From Patescibacteria group bacterium (GTDB lineage Bacteria > Patescibacteriota > Patescibacteriia > UBA10025 > JAHIVO01): 64,000 nt of DNA. The translations under genes and the position numbers were made by a program. Shown piece after piece: positions 47,776 to 57,508 of this stretch. The notes beneath the pieces are model-generated. The model was not told the DNA's origin. It did not search any database and saw only the letters and a program-made list of their open reading frames with translations. Position 1 is the first letter of the stretch, and each line of letters starts with the position of its first letter. The DNA is taken from assembly GCA_049325535.1 (NCBI GenBank), contig JBMOKY010000001.1, positions 299,386 through 363,385 on the forward strand, read 5' to 3'.

Positions 47776-49304
47776 AGGAAATGATCTACGTCCTTGATTT
47801 CGGATCACAGTACTCGCACCTCATTGTGCGGCGGATCCGTGAATTGGGCGTTTACGCAGAATTAGTGCCGTATAACACACCGTTGAAAACATTGGCACAT
47901 GCACGCGGTATTATCCTCTCTGGCGGACCGAGAAATTTGTCAGGATCGTCTGCGCTGATTCCTGACAAGCGTATCTACACGCTTGGCCTGCCCGTGCTGG
48001 GCATTTGTTATGGATTACAGCTGATGGCTCACCAGCTGGGCGGTAAGGTGACGCGTGGTACCAAACGAGAATATGGACCATCCACCGTGCATATCAGACG
48101 CCCCGGCGTACTGTTTCATTCACTGGCAAAAAACCAGGAGACCTGGATGTCGCACGGCGATAATGTGACGCGATTGCCTCGTGGATTTCAGGCCCTCGCC
48201 AGTTCGGACAATTGTCCCTATGTGGCCGTGGCTGAAGAAAGGCGTCAGTTATTTGGTTTGCAGTTTCATCCCGAGGTATCCCATACGAAACGCGGCATGG
48301 TGATGCTGCGTAATTTTGTCCGGCTCACTGGCGCGCGTAAGACGTGGTCAATGAAAAAATTTGTTGACCAAAAGATTGCAGCAGTCCGGGAGCAGGTAGG
48401 GAAGGATCATGTCGTCTGCGCTTTGTCCGGCGGTGTTGATTCCTCGGTTGCCGCCACACTGGTGCACAAAGCAGTCGGCAAGCAACTGACCTGCATATTT
48501 GTCGATACCGGATTATTACGCGCAGGAGAAGTGGAGCAAGTACAAAAAACATTCCGCAGTTACCAGCGGGTTAATTTGCGAGTGATTCGGGCGGAAAAGG
48601 AATTTCTCCGTGCATTGGCTGGTGTGACTGATCCAGAGCGGAAGCGCAAAATTATTGGCGAATTATTTATCCGTATTTTTGAACGGGAGGCGAAGAAACT
48701 TGGCAGAAACGTGAAGTGGCTGGTGCAGGGCACGCTGTATACCGACGTGATTACGTCTGGGGTGAGCGTGGGAAAGACTGCCGCAGTGATTAAATCTCAC
48801 CATAACGTGGGAGGGTTGCCTAAAAAATTTGGTTTTACCTTGATTGAACCATTTCGGGAACTTTATAAAGACGAGGTGCGCCGGGTTGGCCGCGTACTGG
48901 GCTTACCGGAGAGTGTAGTTGAGCGACAGCCATTTCCCGGTCCAGGACTGGCCGTCCGAATCATTGGCGACATTACGAAACCCAAGTTGGGTATTCTTCG
49001 CCGGGCTGACGCGATTGTTCGCGAAGAGATAGATCGTCTGCCACTTGCTAAACGACCGCAGCAATATTTTGCCGTGCTGCCCACTGTCCGTTCGGTTGGG
49101 GTGCAGGGGGATTCTCGTACCTATGGGTATCCGATTATTGTGCGAGCCGTTTCTACGGTCGATTTCATGACTGCTGATTGGACACGGTTATCAGAGAAAA
49201 TGTTGTCTCACATTGCCACGCGCATTACCAATGAAGTCCATGAGGTGAACCGGGTACTGTACGACATTACCTCCAAGCCGCCGGGCACTGTAGAATGGGA
49301 ATAA
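47772..49304 (+). CDS. guaA: GMP synthase (glutamine-hydrolysing)
   Basis: GATase domain (GICYGLQ), ATP-PPase SGGVDSSV, C-terminal dimerisation domain; ATGA overlap with upstream gene. Confidence 0.95.
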   Translation: MKEMIYVLDFGSQYSHLIVRRIRELGVYAELVPYNTPLKTLAHARGIILSGGPRNLSGSSALIPDKRIYTLGLPVLGICYGLQLMAHQLGGKVTRGTKREYGPSTVHIRRPGVLFHSLAKNQETWMSHGDNVTRLPRGFQALASSDNCPYVAVAEERRQLFGLQFHPEVSHTKRGMVMLRNFVRLTGARKTWSMKKFVDQKIAAVREQVGKDHVVCALSGGVDSSVAATLVHKAVGKQLTCIFVDTGLLRAGEVEQVQKTFRSYQRVNLRVIRAEKEFLRALAGVTDPERKRKIIGELFIRIFEREAKKLGRNVKWLVQGTLYTDVITSGVSVGKTAAVIKSHHNVGGLPKKFGFTLIEPFRELYKDEVRRVGRVLGLPESVVERQPFPGPGLAVRIIGDITKPKLGILRRADAIVREEIDRLPLAKRPQQYFAVLPTVRSVGVQGDSRTYGYPIIVRAVSTVDFMTADWTRLSEKMLSHIATRITNEVHEVNRVLYDITSKPPGTVEWE

Positions 49305-49368
49305 TAAATGACCCGCCAGTGCAGATTTGCACAGGCGGGTTTTTTTGTTTGCGCGGGAAGCACACGTG

Positions 49369-49866
49369 TCACTCTATGGAGTAGTGGATCGCTCCGCGGC
49401 TGGTGACGTACTCGTAGTAACGAGCTCCACTTGCCGGACAATAGGTGAGGTGGACGATGGGCAGATGATAGTCGGAGGTGTGGCGGTAGGCGCACATATC
49501 CAGAATACGGCAGGGCGCATCTCCATAGTCGTCACTGCGGCGATAGGTGATGACGATATAGAAGTCAGGACCGGTGATCAGGCTCGGCGGAAGCGTACAC
49601 GAAAGTTTTTGTGCAATTTGCTGAAGTGTCATCTCCCCATTCACCGTGGCGCAAATATACGATTTCTGCGTATCGACTGCCGAACTCCTTTCGTAGTAGA
49701 TTTGTTCTGCTGCAAGCAGCGCATCCATCGTCTGAAACGTGGCGATTACCGAATCGGCATCCAGTCCGATCCGGGCGCATTGGATATCCACTGACGGAGT
49801 CTGGATACTGTCGGAGCCCGGGTGAGGCAGCGTGACGACGAGTGAAAAGAGCAGTGTGAGAACCAT
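49369..49866 (-). CDS. secreted hypothetical protein
   Basis: Signal peptide MVLTLLFSLVVTL. Confidence 0.5.
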   Translation of the reverse strand: MVLTLLFSLVVTLPHPGSDSIQTPSVDIQCARIGLDADSVIATFQTMDALLAAEQIYYERSSAVDTQKSYICATVNGEMTLQQIAQKLSCTLPPSLITGPDFYIVITYRRSDDYGDAPCRILDMCAYRHTSDYHLPIVHLTYCPASGARYYEYVTSRGAIHYSIE

Positions 49867-50080
49867 GGCATCCTCCTATGAATCCATGTACATGGCTTGT
49901 GTGTTGGTTTGCCGTATTGTACGTCTTGCTCGGTCGTTTGGTCAAGTGGTCATATTTAAAAAATTGAATCATGTTCCATAGGATTGACGGTGGAGCCGGG
50001 GAAGTGCTAAGGTAAGATAATTTGAAACAAAGACACTAATAGCAACTTTCACATCTATTCTTCAGAAAGGCAGGTATCTC

Positions 50081-51646
50081 ATGCATGATGCATCACAGTG
50101 GCTGGATGTGCTCTCTAGCCAGAATCACGGACGACGGTGGCTCACCCTTTTTGGTGGGGACTGGGGAGATGGGGGCAAAGGTAACGTGGAAAGCGTGATA
50201 GCCCCTCATTTTGAGGTGTTTGTTCGTGTTTCCGGCGGTGCCAATACCGGCCGAACCCGATTTGTCCACACCGACAATGGTGACAAGGAATTCATTTTCC
50301 ATCTCATTCCCAGCGGCTGGGCAGATGACAAGGAATCGATCATCGGTGACTGGGTGCTGATCGATCTGCCCCGACTGACCGCAGAGATTGACCAATTGGC
50401 GAGCGTCATGGGACGCACGCCCCATGCGCCGCTGCGCATTAGCCCGCGGGCGCCACTGTATCTGCCGTACCATGGTATCTGGGAGGCCCTGATCGAGTGG
50501 CGGAAAGGTGCTGACGCAGTCGGCACCACCAAGCGCGGTATCGCGCCCATGATCGCGGGTATTGACCTGCGGATTGGGCCGGTGATGAGTCATCTCCAGC
50601 ATCCGGACGTGTTGCGGAAATTCGTGGAGCAATTCTACGCCATCTTCGCGACCGATTTTCAGCAGTTCCACGATCATCTCGAGCGTGAGGCTGACCGGAT
50701 AGCGGAGGCGGGAGGTGAAGCGCCCGTGGTGTTTTCGATGGACGAACTGGCGCCGGCGACGGTGCTGGAGCAGCTGCTGGCGGATGCCGCACCGGTACTC
50801 GAGTATGTCGATTACCATATCGGCAGACGGCTCATCGATCTGGGTGAGCAGAACGTACCGACGCTGTTTGGCCTGACTCAGGGTTGGGGCCTGACGCGGT
50901 GGGGGACCTACCCGTTCAATTCCAGCACGCAGACGACACCGCAGGCGGCTCCGTTTTGCGCCAATATCCCGTCGAAGTATTTTGGCGGCAGTATCCTGGT
51001 ACTCAAGCTCGACCCGACCCGGGTCGGCTGGGGTGGATTTCCGACTGGCCTCTGGAACCGTCGTGACGCCGAAGCGTTTCCGAAGCAGCACCCGGAACTT
51101 TTCAGTGCGTTGCCGGGACATGATCCGCTGGCGCGTGAGCAGTTTCTGGCCGAGATGCGGCAGACGATCATGGACACCGACGGAACAGATCGTGTGGCCT
51201 TAGCAAAGTACATTCAGGTCTTCCTGAATGAACTGGGCGCCACGAGTGGTCGTGGCCGCGAGCCGGGGTTACCGGATCTCTTCAGTGCAGCCTGCGCGGC
51301 TCAGTCCAGCGGCGCCGACACTATCGCCTTGACGCGGGTGGATTTCCTTTCCGGTCTGAAACTGTCATTCAAACTGGGGACGACTTACCGTATCGACGGG
51401 GAGCCGTGTATGCCACCAGACTACCCGTGTCCTATCGAACAATTGGATCGGGTGACGGTCGATTACGCCACGGTGCCGGTCGATCTGCGTGGCGTTGATC
51501 TCTATGGCGCCACTGAGCTGCCTGATTGCTTCGAACAGATACTCAGTCTGTACGAGCAGCATACGGGGGTGCCGGTCGGCCTGGTCTCCACGTCTCCCAA
51601 GCCCGGTGAGGGTAAAATCTTTCGCCTGGGCGTCGAACGCTGCTAG
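50081..51646 (+). CDS. purA: adenylosuccinate synthetase-like protein, divergent and long (521 aa)
   Basis: GGDWGDGGKG (GDEGKG P-loop), HLIPSG, GTTKRGIAPM, ALTRVDFL (TKLDVL), GATSGRGRE; the GGHNAGH motif is GGANTGR here. Confidence 0.75.
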   Translation: MHDASQWLDVLSSQNHGRRWLTLFGGDWGDGGKGNVESVIAPHFEVFVRVSGGANTGRTRFVHTDNGDKEFIFHLIPSGWADDKESIIGDWVLIDLPRLTAEIDQLASVMGRTPHAPLRISPRAPLYLPYHGIWEALIEWRKGADAVGTTKRGIAPMIAGIDLRIGPVMSHLQHPDVLRKFVEQFYAIFATDFQQFHDHLEREADRIAEAGGEAPVVFSMDELAPATVLEQLLADAAPVLEYVDYHIGRRLIDLGEQNVPTLFGLTQGWGLTRWGTYPFNSSTQTTPQAAPFCANIPSKYFGGSILVLKLDPTRVGWGGFPTGLWNRRDAEAFPKQHPELFSALPGHDPLAREQFLAEMRQTIMDTDGTDRVALAKYIQVFLNELGATSGRGREPGLPDLFSAACAAQSSGADTIALTRVDFLSGLKLSFKLGTTYRIDGEPCMPPDYPCPIEQLDRVTVDYATVPVDLRGVDLYGATELPDCFEQILSLYEQHTGVPVGLVSTSPKPGEGKIFRLGVERC

Positions 51647-51834
51647 GTCAGCCCGCATGTATCTGCTTTTTCGTTTAGTGTCCCGGCTTTCCGTGTATGG
51701 AAGTCGGGACTTTTTTTATTGTGGTGTCGTCAGACATTCATCTCGATAAGGATTTGACGAGTGGCCATCCCGGTGATAAGGTAGGGTAATTTGAAAACAG
51801 AACCTTGAAACCTGATTCAGTAGGAGGACAAAAC

Positions 51835-53193
51835 ATGCTCAAACGTTATTCTCGAAGCGCCATGGCGGATTTCTGGACTGACTCGGCGAAATTTAAGCGC
51901 TGGTATGATGTCGAACGAGCCGCCATCAGGGCGAAAGTGGAGATGAACATGTTTCCGGCAAATGTGTTGGAACAGTTTCCGGAGATGATTCTGATCGATG
52001 CTGATCGGATCAATGAGATCGATAAGCAGATCGAGCACGATCTGCTGGCCTTTCTGATGTATGTCTACACCCAGATACCCGCTGAATTTCAGCACTTTCT
52101 GCACGAGGACATGACGTCCTATGATACCGAGGAACCCGCGCTCGGCCTGATCCTTCGGGACGTAGGGCAGGTGCTCGATGTTGATCTGGATCGGCTGGAG
52201 TGTGCGCTCCGTCACCGGGCCGGCCAGTCGTACCGGATCTATAAGATGGCTACGACACACGGCCAGGATGGCGAACCGGATGTGCTGTTACACACGTTCT
52301 GCGTATTTCTCGATGCGGTGATTTCGGCACGGGAATTGCTGCGGGCCGCGACGCTCCGGGTGCAGCGGGTGAAATTCTCCGGGGCAATGGGCAACTGGTT
52401 GAACATCACCCCTGAACTGGAGGCGCGGGTAGTCTCGATCCTCGGTTTGGAGGCGCGAGCCGCGAACGGCCAGATCACCCTGCGCGACAATATCGCGAAT
52501 TTTCTGTCCGTGGTGGGCATCATTGGCGGTATCCTGGAGAAATTTGCCACCGATATGCGTCTGCATGCGACGACGGCCTATGGCGAGTATCGCGAACCGC
52601 GAAAGGCTGGGCAAAAGGGGTCGTCCGCCATGCCGCATAAACGGAATACTATCCTGCTGGAGCGCATCAGCGGCCAGGCGATCGCACTGCGTGGCTATGC
52701 GGTGATGGGGCAGGAGCTGATCCGTACGTGGGATGAGCGGGATATCTGCCATTCCAGCGTGGAGCGTATCTGCCTGCCGGATGCTACCATCCTGCTCGAT
52801 TACATGCTGGATAAGATGACGTGGGTAGTGGAACATCTGGAAATCAATGCCGGACGAATGGCCGAGAATATCGGTCGCACCCACGGGTGCTGGGCATCCG
52901 AAAACGTCAAATCCATGCTGGGGCGGCTCGGCTACGAGAGTAATGCCGTGTACAAGTTTGTACAGGCGTGCGCGTTTCAGGCTATGGATTCCCGGACTTC
53001 GTTTCGGCAGGTGCTGGGACAAACGGTTTTCGAGCCGGCGGGCAAGCCGCTCGGTGAACTGGTAACAGCTGACGAGATCGACGCGTGTTTTTCTTTCGCG
53101 GACAAACTGGCCACCGCACAGCGAGTACTGGCGGAGCGCTTCAAACTGGATATACACGAAGCGTTGCCGTCAAACTTGCCGGCAGTGCAGTAG
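51835..53193 (+). CDS. purB: adenylosuccinate lyase
   Basis: MLKRYSRSAMADFW...; fumarate lyase signature GSSAMPHKRN; AGGAGGA SD before ATG 51835. Confidence 0.9.
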   Translation: MLKRYSRSAMADFWTDSAKFKRWYDVERAAIRAKVEMNMFPANVLEQFPEMILIDADRINEIDKQIEHDLLAFLMYVYTQIPAEFQHFLHEDMTSYDTEEPALGLILRDVGQVLDVDLDRLECALRHRAGQSYRIYKMATTHGQDGEPDVLLHTFCVFLDAVISARELLRAATLRVQRVKFSGAMGNWLNITPELEARVVSILGLEARAANGQITLRDNIANFLSVVGIIGGILEKFATDMRLHATTAYGEYREPRKAGQKGSSAMPHKRNTILLERISGQAIALRGYAVMGQELIRTWDERDICHSSVERICLPDATILLDYMLDKMTWVVEHLEINAGRMAENIGRTHGCWASENVKSMLGRLGYESNAVYKFVQACAFQAMDSRTSFRQVLGQTVFEPAGKPLGELVTADEIDACFSFADKLATAQRVLAERFKLDIHEALPSNLPAVQ

Positions 53194-53220
53194 TGATCGA
53201 GTATCGTTATTTGTCAGTAC

Positions 53221-53255
53221 ACACCCTGAGTGAGGAGGCTCGGGGTGTTTTTATA
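53221..53255 (+). terminator. rho-independent terminator of purB
   Basis: acaccctgag-N-ctcggggtgt then TTTTTAT. Confidence 0.6.
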
Positions 53256-53290
53256 TAAAAAAACGGCTCGTGCTGGTGATGCACGAGCCG
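53254..53290 (-). terminator. rho-independent terminator of 53314..53547
   Basis: cggctcgtgc-loop-gcacgagccg followed by TTTTTTT on minus strand. Confidence 0.55.
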
Positions 53291-53313
53291 AAGAATCGAT
53301 ACGCAGAGGGTTT

Positions 53314-53547
53314 TTACCCGAGCTTGGTGACCACCGTGGAGGCGGAAAGAGTGACCCGAGTCGGTGAATTACTCAGGCGCGGGTCGGGGAATTCGACACG
53401 AACGCCGTCAGATGTTCGTTTTTTGACCGTGGCGGTCACTGTTTCACCGAGCCCATCAGGCTGGAACTGGATTCGGGTGTTTTGCGGGGCTCGACCCGAT
53501 CCCTTCGGGAAAAGGTCCCCAAGCCTTACTTGCGTACATTTGGTCAT
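53314..53547 (-). CDS. small hypothetical protein (77 aa)
   Basis: GGAGG SD before ATG 53547; MTKCTQVRLGDLFPKGSG... Confidence 0.4.
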   Translation of the reverse strand: MTKCTQVRLGDLFPKGSGRAPQNTRIQFQPDGLGETVTATVKKRTSDGVRVEFPDPRLSNSPTRVTLSASTVVTKLG

Positions 53548-53744
53548 GCATTCCTCCGATGACGAAAGTTTTTTACTCTTTCTGTTGGCACTTGAGTGAC
53601 GCCAGTCTCGGTGGACCATGACTGTGAGGTAAAAGGTTCACATTGCCTCCCAAAGGTGGAGAGGTTGGCGGTTCGCATTCCCGATGAATGCATATCAATA
53701 ATTCATCAAAATGAATTACTGATATGCCCTCATCACCGGTGTCG

Positions 53745-53764
53745 TTTCGGGGTGGTGGGACTCG
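53745..53764. repeat. 20-nt exact direct repeat of tRNA-Pro 3' end (TTTCGGGGTGGTGGGACTCG)
   Basis: Identical to 53920..53939; att-like duplication, 154 nt between copies. Confidence 0.55.
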
Positions 53765-53921
53765 GTCACCCGTCAAATTCCTGACGGAATTTACGGTCGA
53801 CCCCGCCTCGCGACGCTCGCCGGTCGCCTCCTGGGCGACAACTCGCGTATCGCTGTGGCTTTCTCGTCCCAACGCGGCACAAGCAGTTGTGCCGCTCATC
53901 CCTCAATTGATAAAGCTCATT

Positions 53922-53995
53922 TCGGGGTGGTGGGACTCGAACCCACGACCTCACGCACCCGAAGCGTGCGCGCTAGCCAACTGCGCTACACCCCG
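53922..53995 (-). tRNA. tRNA-Pro (anticodon CGG)
   Basis: Reverse complement CGGGGTG-TA-GCGC-AGTTGGCTA-GCGC-G-CACGC-TTCGGGT-GCGTG-AGGTC-GTGGG-TTCGAGT-CCCAC-CACCCCG-A; C1:G72 typical of tRNA-Pro; G37. Confidence 0.85.
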
Positions 53996-54134
53996 ATATG
54001 CTCATTATTCTACATGTATTTACACTAAAAATAAAGAGATTTTTCAGGTGCGACCAGCAACCGTACCAGAATTCCTAGAATGTGTCAATGCGCTATACTG
54101 ACCGCCGATGAAATGCTACAATACAGCTATATTT

Positions 54135-54890
54135 ATGCGAATACAAGCGTATAAAACTCGTGTTTTCGAGCCACCTCAGGATGATCTCTATGAAGTTTTT
54201 CGGACAGCAATCAAAAAGCTCTCAGAAGGTACGGTGGTGGCCATTGCTTCAAAGGTAGTGAGTATCCACCAGGGGCGGTGCGTGCGGAAGGACTCGGTGA
54301 AGAGTAAAGATGAGCTTATTATCAGGGAAGCGGACAAATATATACCCCGGCGGTATGTACCGGGGCACTACGCGGTCCTGACCGTCAAACATAACATTCT
54401 CATACCATCTGCCGGTATCGACGCTTCAAATAGTGGCTCTTATTATGTGCTTTGGCCGAAACATCCAGAAAAAATAGCAAAAGAAATCTGGCAATGGTTG
54501 CGAAAAACCTATCACGTAAAAAAAATTGGCATCGTCATCACTGACAGTCATACGGTGCCGATGCGGCGCGGCGTTCTGGGCGTCGGATTGGGGTATTATG
54601 GGTTTCGGCCGATCAATGATTATCGAGGTACCAAGGATTTGTTTGGCAGGAAATTTAAAGTCTCTACCACCAATGTTGTGGATGCACTAGCAGGTGCGGC
54701 GGTGTTTGCCATGGGCGAGGGGACGGAGCAAACGCCCATCGTGATAATTTCCGACGTCCCTTCCGTACAGTTTTCCAGCCGTCCGTATCGCCCGAAAGGG
54801 AGATATAGTAAATTTGAAATCGGATGGGATGAGGATCTGTATGGGCCACTTTTAAAACGTGTTGTGTGGCGTAATCGAAAAAAAAGATGA
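54135..54890 (+). CDS. CofE-like gamma-glutamyl ligase family protein
   Basis: VVAIASKVVSIHQGR and IPSAGIDASNS match F420-0:gamma-glutamyl ligase family core. Confidence 0.7.
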   Translation: MRIQAYKTRVFEPPQDDLYEVFRTAIKKLSEGTVVAIASKVVSIHQGRCVRKDSVKSKDELIIREADKYIPRRYVPGHYAVLTVKHNILIPSAGIDASNSGSYYVLWPKHPEKIAKEIWQWLRKTYHVKKIGIVITDSHTVPMRRGVLGVGLGYYGFRPINDYRGTKDLFGRKFKVSTTNVVDALAGAAVFAMGEGTEQTPIVIISDVPSVQFSSRPYRPKGRYSKFEIGWDEDLYGPLLKRVVWRNRKKR

Positions 54891-55675
54891 TCGTTAATGT
54901 AATTTTATTAATAGCGTTCGTGCTGCTGGTTCTTTTGTATTTCGGTATGCATGTGTTCGGTCCGTCGTGGGCGCGAGTCGTTGAATGGGTGCGCGGGCGT
55001 CAGGAAAAAAGTGATCTGCTAATCCACTGGGGCAGATCCCGCGGCTTGAGGGTTCATGAGGGATATACGATGTGGCATATCACTGATCGGTTCCGGGCCA
55101 ATCCGGGTAAAACGTTCTTTGAGGCGGAAAAATTTATGATGGAATCGGATATGCGCACGATGCTGGAAGGTCAGTCGGCAGGCCGTACTCTCTGGGTATA
55201 CCCGATTGTGGGGAAGGTGTTTTATGGGAGCATGATGGGATTTTCTCGTTCGTACGTAATCGACGTACATCGTCAAACAGATCACCTCAGCGGACACGTG
55301 ATTGAGCGAAATCAACACGGGAACGTGAGAGTATTCCGCGGGTGGTGCATGGAAATAAGCACAAAAAGAATTCCGCAAAATATTACGCTAACGAAGAAAT
55401 TTTTTCGCGCCCCGGACGTGCTCGATACGGAAAGCCGGGATTTTGAAAAAACATACGATGTGCACGGCATGCAGGACAGTATGGTATTACAATTGCTGGA
55501 TCCGGCGATGATGAGCTTGATTTTGGACAGTGGTGCGGCAGCGGTCGAGATTTCCGACGCGAGCCTGGTACTCTATCATACGGCGGAGGAGCCGGATTTG
55601 GATATGCTGGAAAAATATTATACGTATGGCCTCAAAATCGCCGAGCAGATTGACCGTAATTTTCCTAAAGCATAA
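54887..55675 (+). CDS. membrane protein, paralog of 57505..58548 (possibly DUF3137-like)
   Basis: N-terminal TM; C-terminal block QLLDPAMMSLILDSGAAAVEISDASLVLY aligns with QVFDPQMMHLITQIQKADLIGLEISDSSVMLS. Confidence 0.55.
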   Translation: MIVNVILLIAFVLLVLLYFGMHVFGPSWARVVEWVRGRQEKSDLLIHWGRSRGLRVHEGYTMWHITDRFRANPGKTFFEAEKFMMESDMRTMLEGQSAGRTLWVYPIVGKVFYGSMMGFSRSYVIDVHRQTDHLSGHVIERNQHGNVRVFRGWCMEISTKRIPQNITLTKKFFRAPDVLDTESRDFEKTYDVHGMQDSMVLQLLDPAMMSLILDSGAAAVEISDASLVLYHTAEEPDLDMLEKYYTYGLKIAEQIDRNFPKA

Positions 55676-55680
55676 GTATT

Positions 55681-56223
55681 ATGGAAATTGAAATTAAAGC
55701 ACATATTCGCAATCGCCCCGAGCTGGAACGCCGGCTCAAAAAGCTTGGCGCTCGATATGTCGGTAAAAAACTGCAGATAGATCGGTATTATGAACCGTAT
55801 GGTTTATCGTATACCAAACGTTCAGGAAAAATACTGCGGGTGCGTCATGATTATCTGAGCAAGGAAACTCGATTAGAATTACATGTCAGCTCCAGTCGCT
55901 TTGCCGCAACTGAGATTGAAGTCCCCGTTGCAGATGAAAAGACGCTGCGTACAATATTGCACGGATTAAAAATGAAAGAGGCATATGCAGTTAAGAAAAA
56001 ACGGCGTGTTTTCCGCTTCGGTACTATTGAGATTGTCATTGACCAGGTGAAAGGATTAGGGTGGTTTGTGGAAGTGGAGATCCAAGGGGCTCATACGAAG
56101 AGTAATCGATTGAGACTTGCGCAGACGTTGGAGCGGCTTGGCGTGGCGCGTGCAGATTGGTGTCGGGAGCACTATAATGAAATGGTCGGGGAGAAGAAGG
56201 GTTATCGATATGGGTATTTCTAG
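55681..56223 (+). CDS. CYTH domain protein (CyaB/ThTPase-like)
   Basis: N-terminal MEIEIKA (ExExK signature). Confidence 0.8.
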   Translation: MEIEIKAHIRNRPELERRLKKLGARYVGKKLQIDRYYEPYGLSYTKRSGKILRVRHDYLSKETRLELHVSSSRFAATEIEVPVADEKTLRTILHGLKMKEAYAVKKKRRVFRFGTIEIVIDQVKGLGWFVEVEIQGAHTKSNRLRLAQTLERLGVARADWCREHYNEMVGEKKGYRYGYF

Positions 56224-57508
56224 GCAGAAACAAAAAAAAGACCTGTTTGACCTTACCCTTGAGCGTACGTTGCGCACCGAGGCGCCGCTGGCTGACCGAA
56301 TCCGACCGGAGACGCTAGCTGATTTTGTGGGACAAGAGGGCATCATCGGTACGGGGAAAATCCTTCGGAAAGCGATTGAGAATGACGAAGTATTTTCCAT
56401 CATATTCTGGGGGCCCCCGGGATCGGGTAAGACCACTCTGGCGCGGATCATCGCGCAGATGACCAAATCGCATTTTGAAAGCATGAGTGCCGTGACGTCG
56501 GGGATCAAGGATTTGCGCATGGTGGCGCTGGAAGCCGAGAACCGGCGCAAATTTCATAATGAACGGACGATATTATTTGTGGATGAAATCCATCGCTGGA
56601 ATAAAGCCCAGCAGGACGCTTTTTTACCTTTTGTGGAAAACGGTACTATCACGCTGATCGGTGCGACCACTGAAAACCCGTCATTTGAGGTCATCGCGCC
56701 ATTACTGTCACGCTCGCGGGTTTTTGTCATGCAGCGGCATGGCGTGCCTGAGCTGTCCCGCATCATCAAACGCGCCCTCACGGACCCTGACAAAGGACTG
56801 GGCCGGCAAAAAATAACAATCGCGCCAAAAGCCCTGGATATTCTGATTGACGGGTCTAATGGCGATGCGCGTACGGCACTGAATGCGCTGGAGATCGCCG
56901 TCAAAGCCAGTAAGCCGGACGCCAAAGGTATAGTCCATCTGGATGCCGCGCTGATCGAGGATGCGCTCCAGCATAGAGCTTTGCAGTATGATAAAAAAGG
57001 TGAAGAGCACTATAATGTCATTTCTGCGTTTATTAAGTCGATGCGGGGGAGCAATCCAGACGGCGCCCTGTACTGGTTAAATCGGATGGTAGAGGCAGGG
57101 GAGAGTCCCGAATTCATCGCGCGCCGGATGGTGGTATTTGCCAGCGAAGACGTGGGCATGGCCGATCCCCAGGCGCTCCGTATAGCCCTGGATGTATTTG
57201 CAGCCGTAGAAAAAATAGGTTACCCGGAGTGCCAGATTAATTTAGCTCATGGGGTGGTGTACTTGGCGAATGCGCCAAAAGATAATAGCGCGTATCTCGG
57301 GTTGCTGGAAGCAAAAAAGGACGTGAAAGAGAGCATGAACGAGCCGGTACCGCTGCATTTGCGCAATGCCGTGACCGATCTGATGAAGGATTTGCAGTAC
57401 GGTAAAGATTACAAATATTCGCATGATTACTCACCGGAGGAAGGGCGGCAAGAATATCTGCCGAAAAAATTGACAGGGAAGAAATATTATAAACCAAAAA
57501 AGAAATGA
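56210..57508 (+). CDS. rarA: replication-associated recombination protein A (MgsA/RarA)
   Basis: GPPGSGKTTLA, FVDEIHRWNKAQQD, C-terminal MgsA domains; 14-nt overlap with CYTH gene. Confidence 0.9.
   Translation: MGISRQKQKKDLFDLTLERTLRTEAPLADRIRPETLADFVGQEGIIGTGKILRKAIENDEVFSIIFWGPPGSGKTTLARIIAQMTKSHFESMSAVTSGIKDLRMVALEAENRRKFHNERTILFVDEIHRWNKAQQDAFLPFVENGTITLIGATTENPSFEVIAPLLSRSRVFVMQRHGVPELSRIIKRALTDPDKGLGRQKITIAPKALDILIDGSNGDARTALNALEIAVKASKPDAKGIVHLDAALIEDALQHRALQYDKKGEEHYNVISAFIKSMRGSNPDGALYWLNRMVEAGESPEFIARRMVVFASEDVGMADPQALRIALDVFAAVEKIGYPECQINLAHGVVYLANAPKDNSAYLGLLEAKKDVKESMNEPVPLHLRNAVTDLMKDLQYGKDYKYSHDYSPEEGRQEYLPKKLTGKKYYKPKKK

Noticed and set aside
50093-51121. 342-aa antisense ORF within purA
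   Set aside because: Shadow ORF opposite a conserved gene. It is Arg-rich with no features.
53573-53899. ORFs in the 370-nt gap left of tRNA-Pro
   Set aside because: They overlap the att-like repeat and the tRNA flank, have no SD and are low-complexity. The region is interpreted as an integration scar or non-coding.
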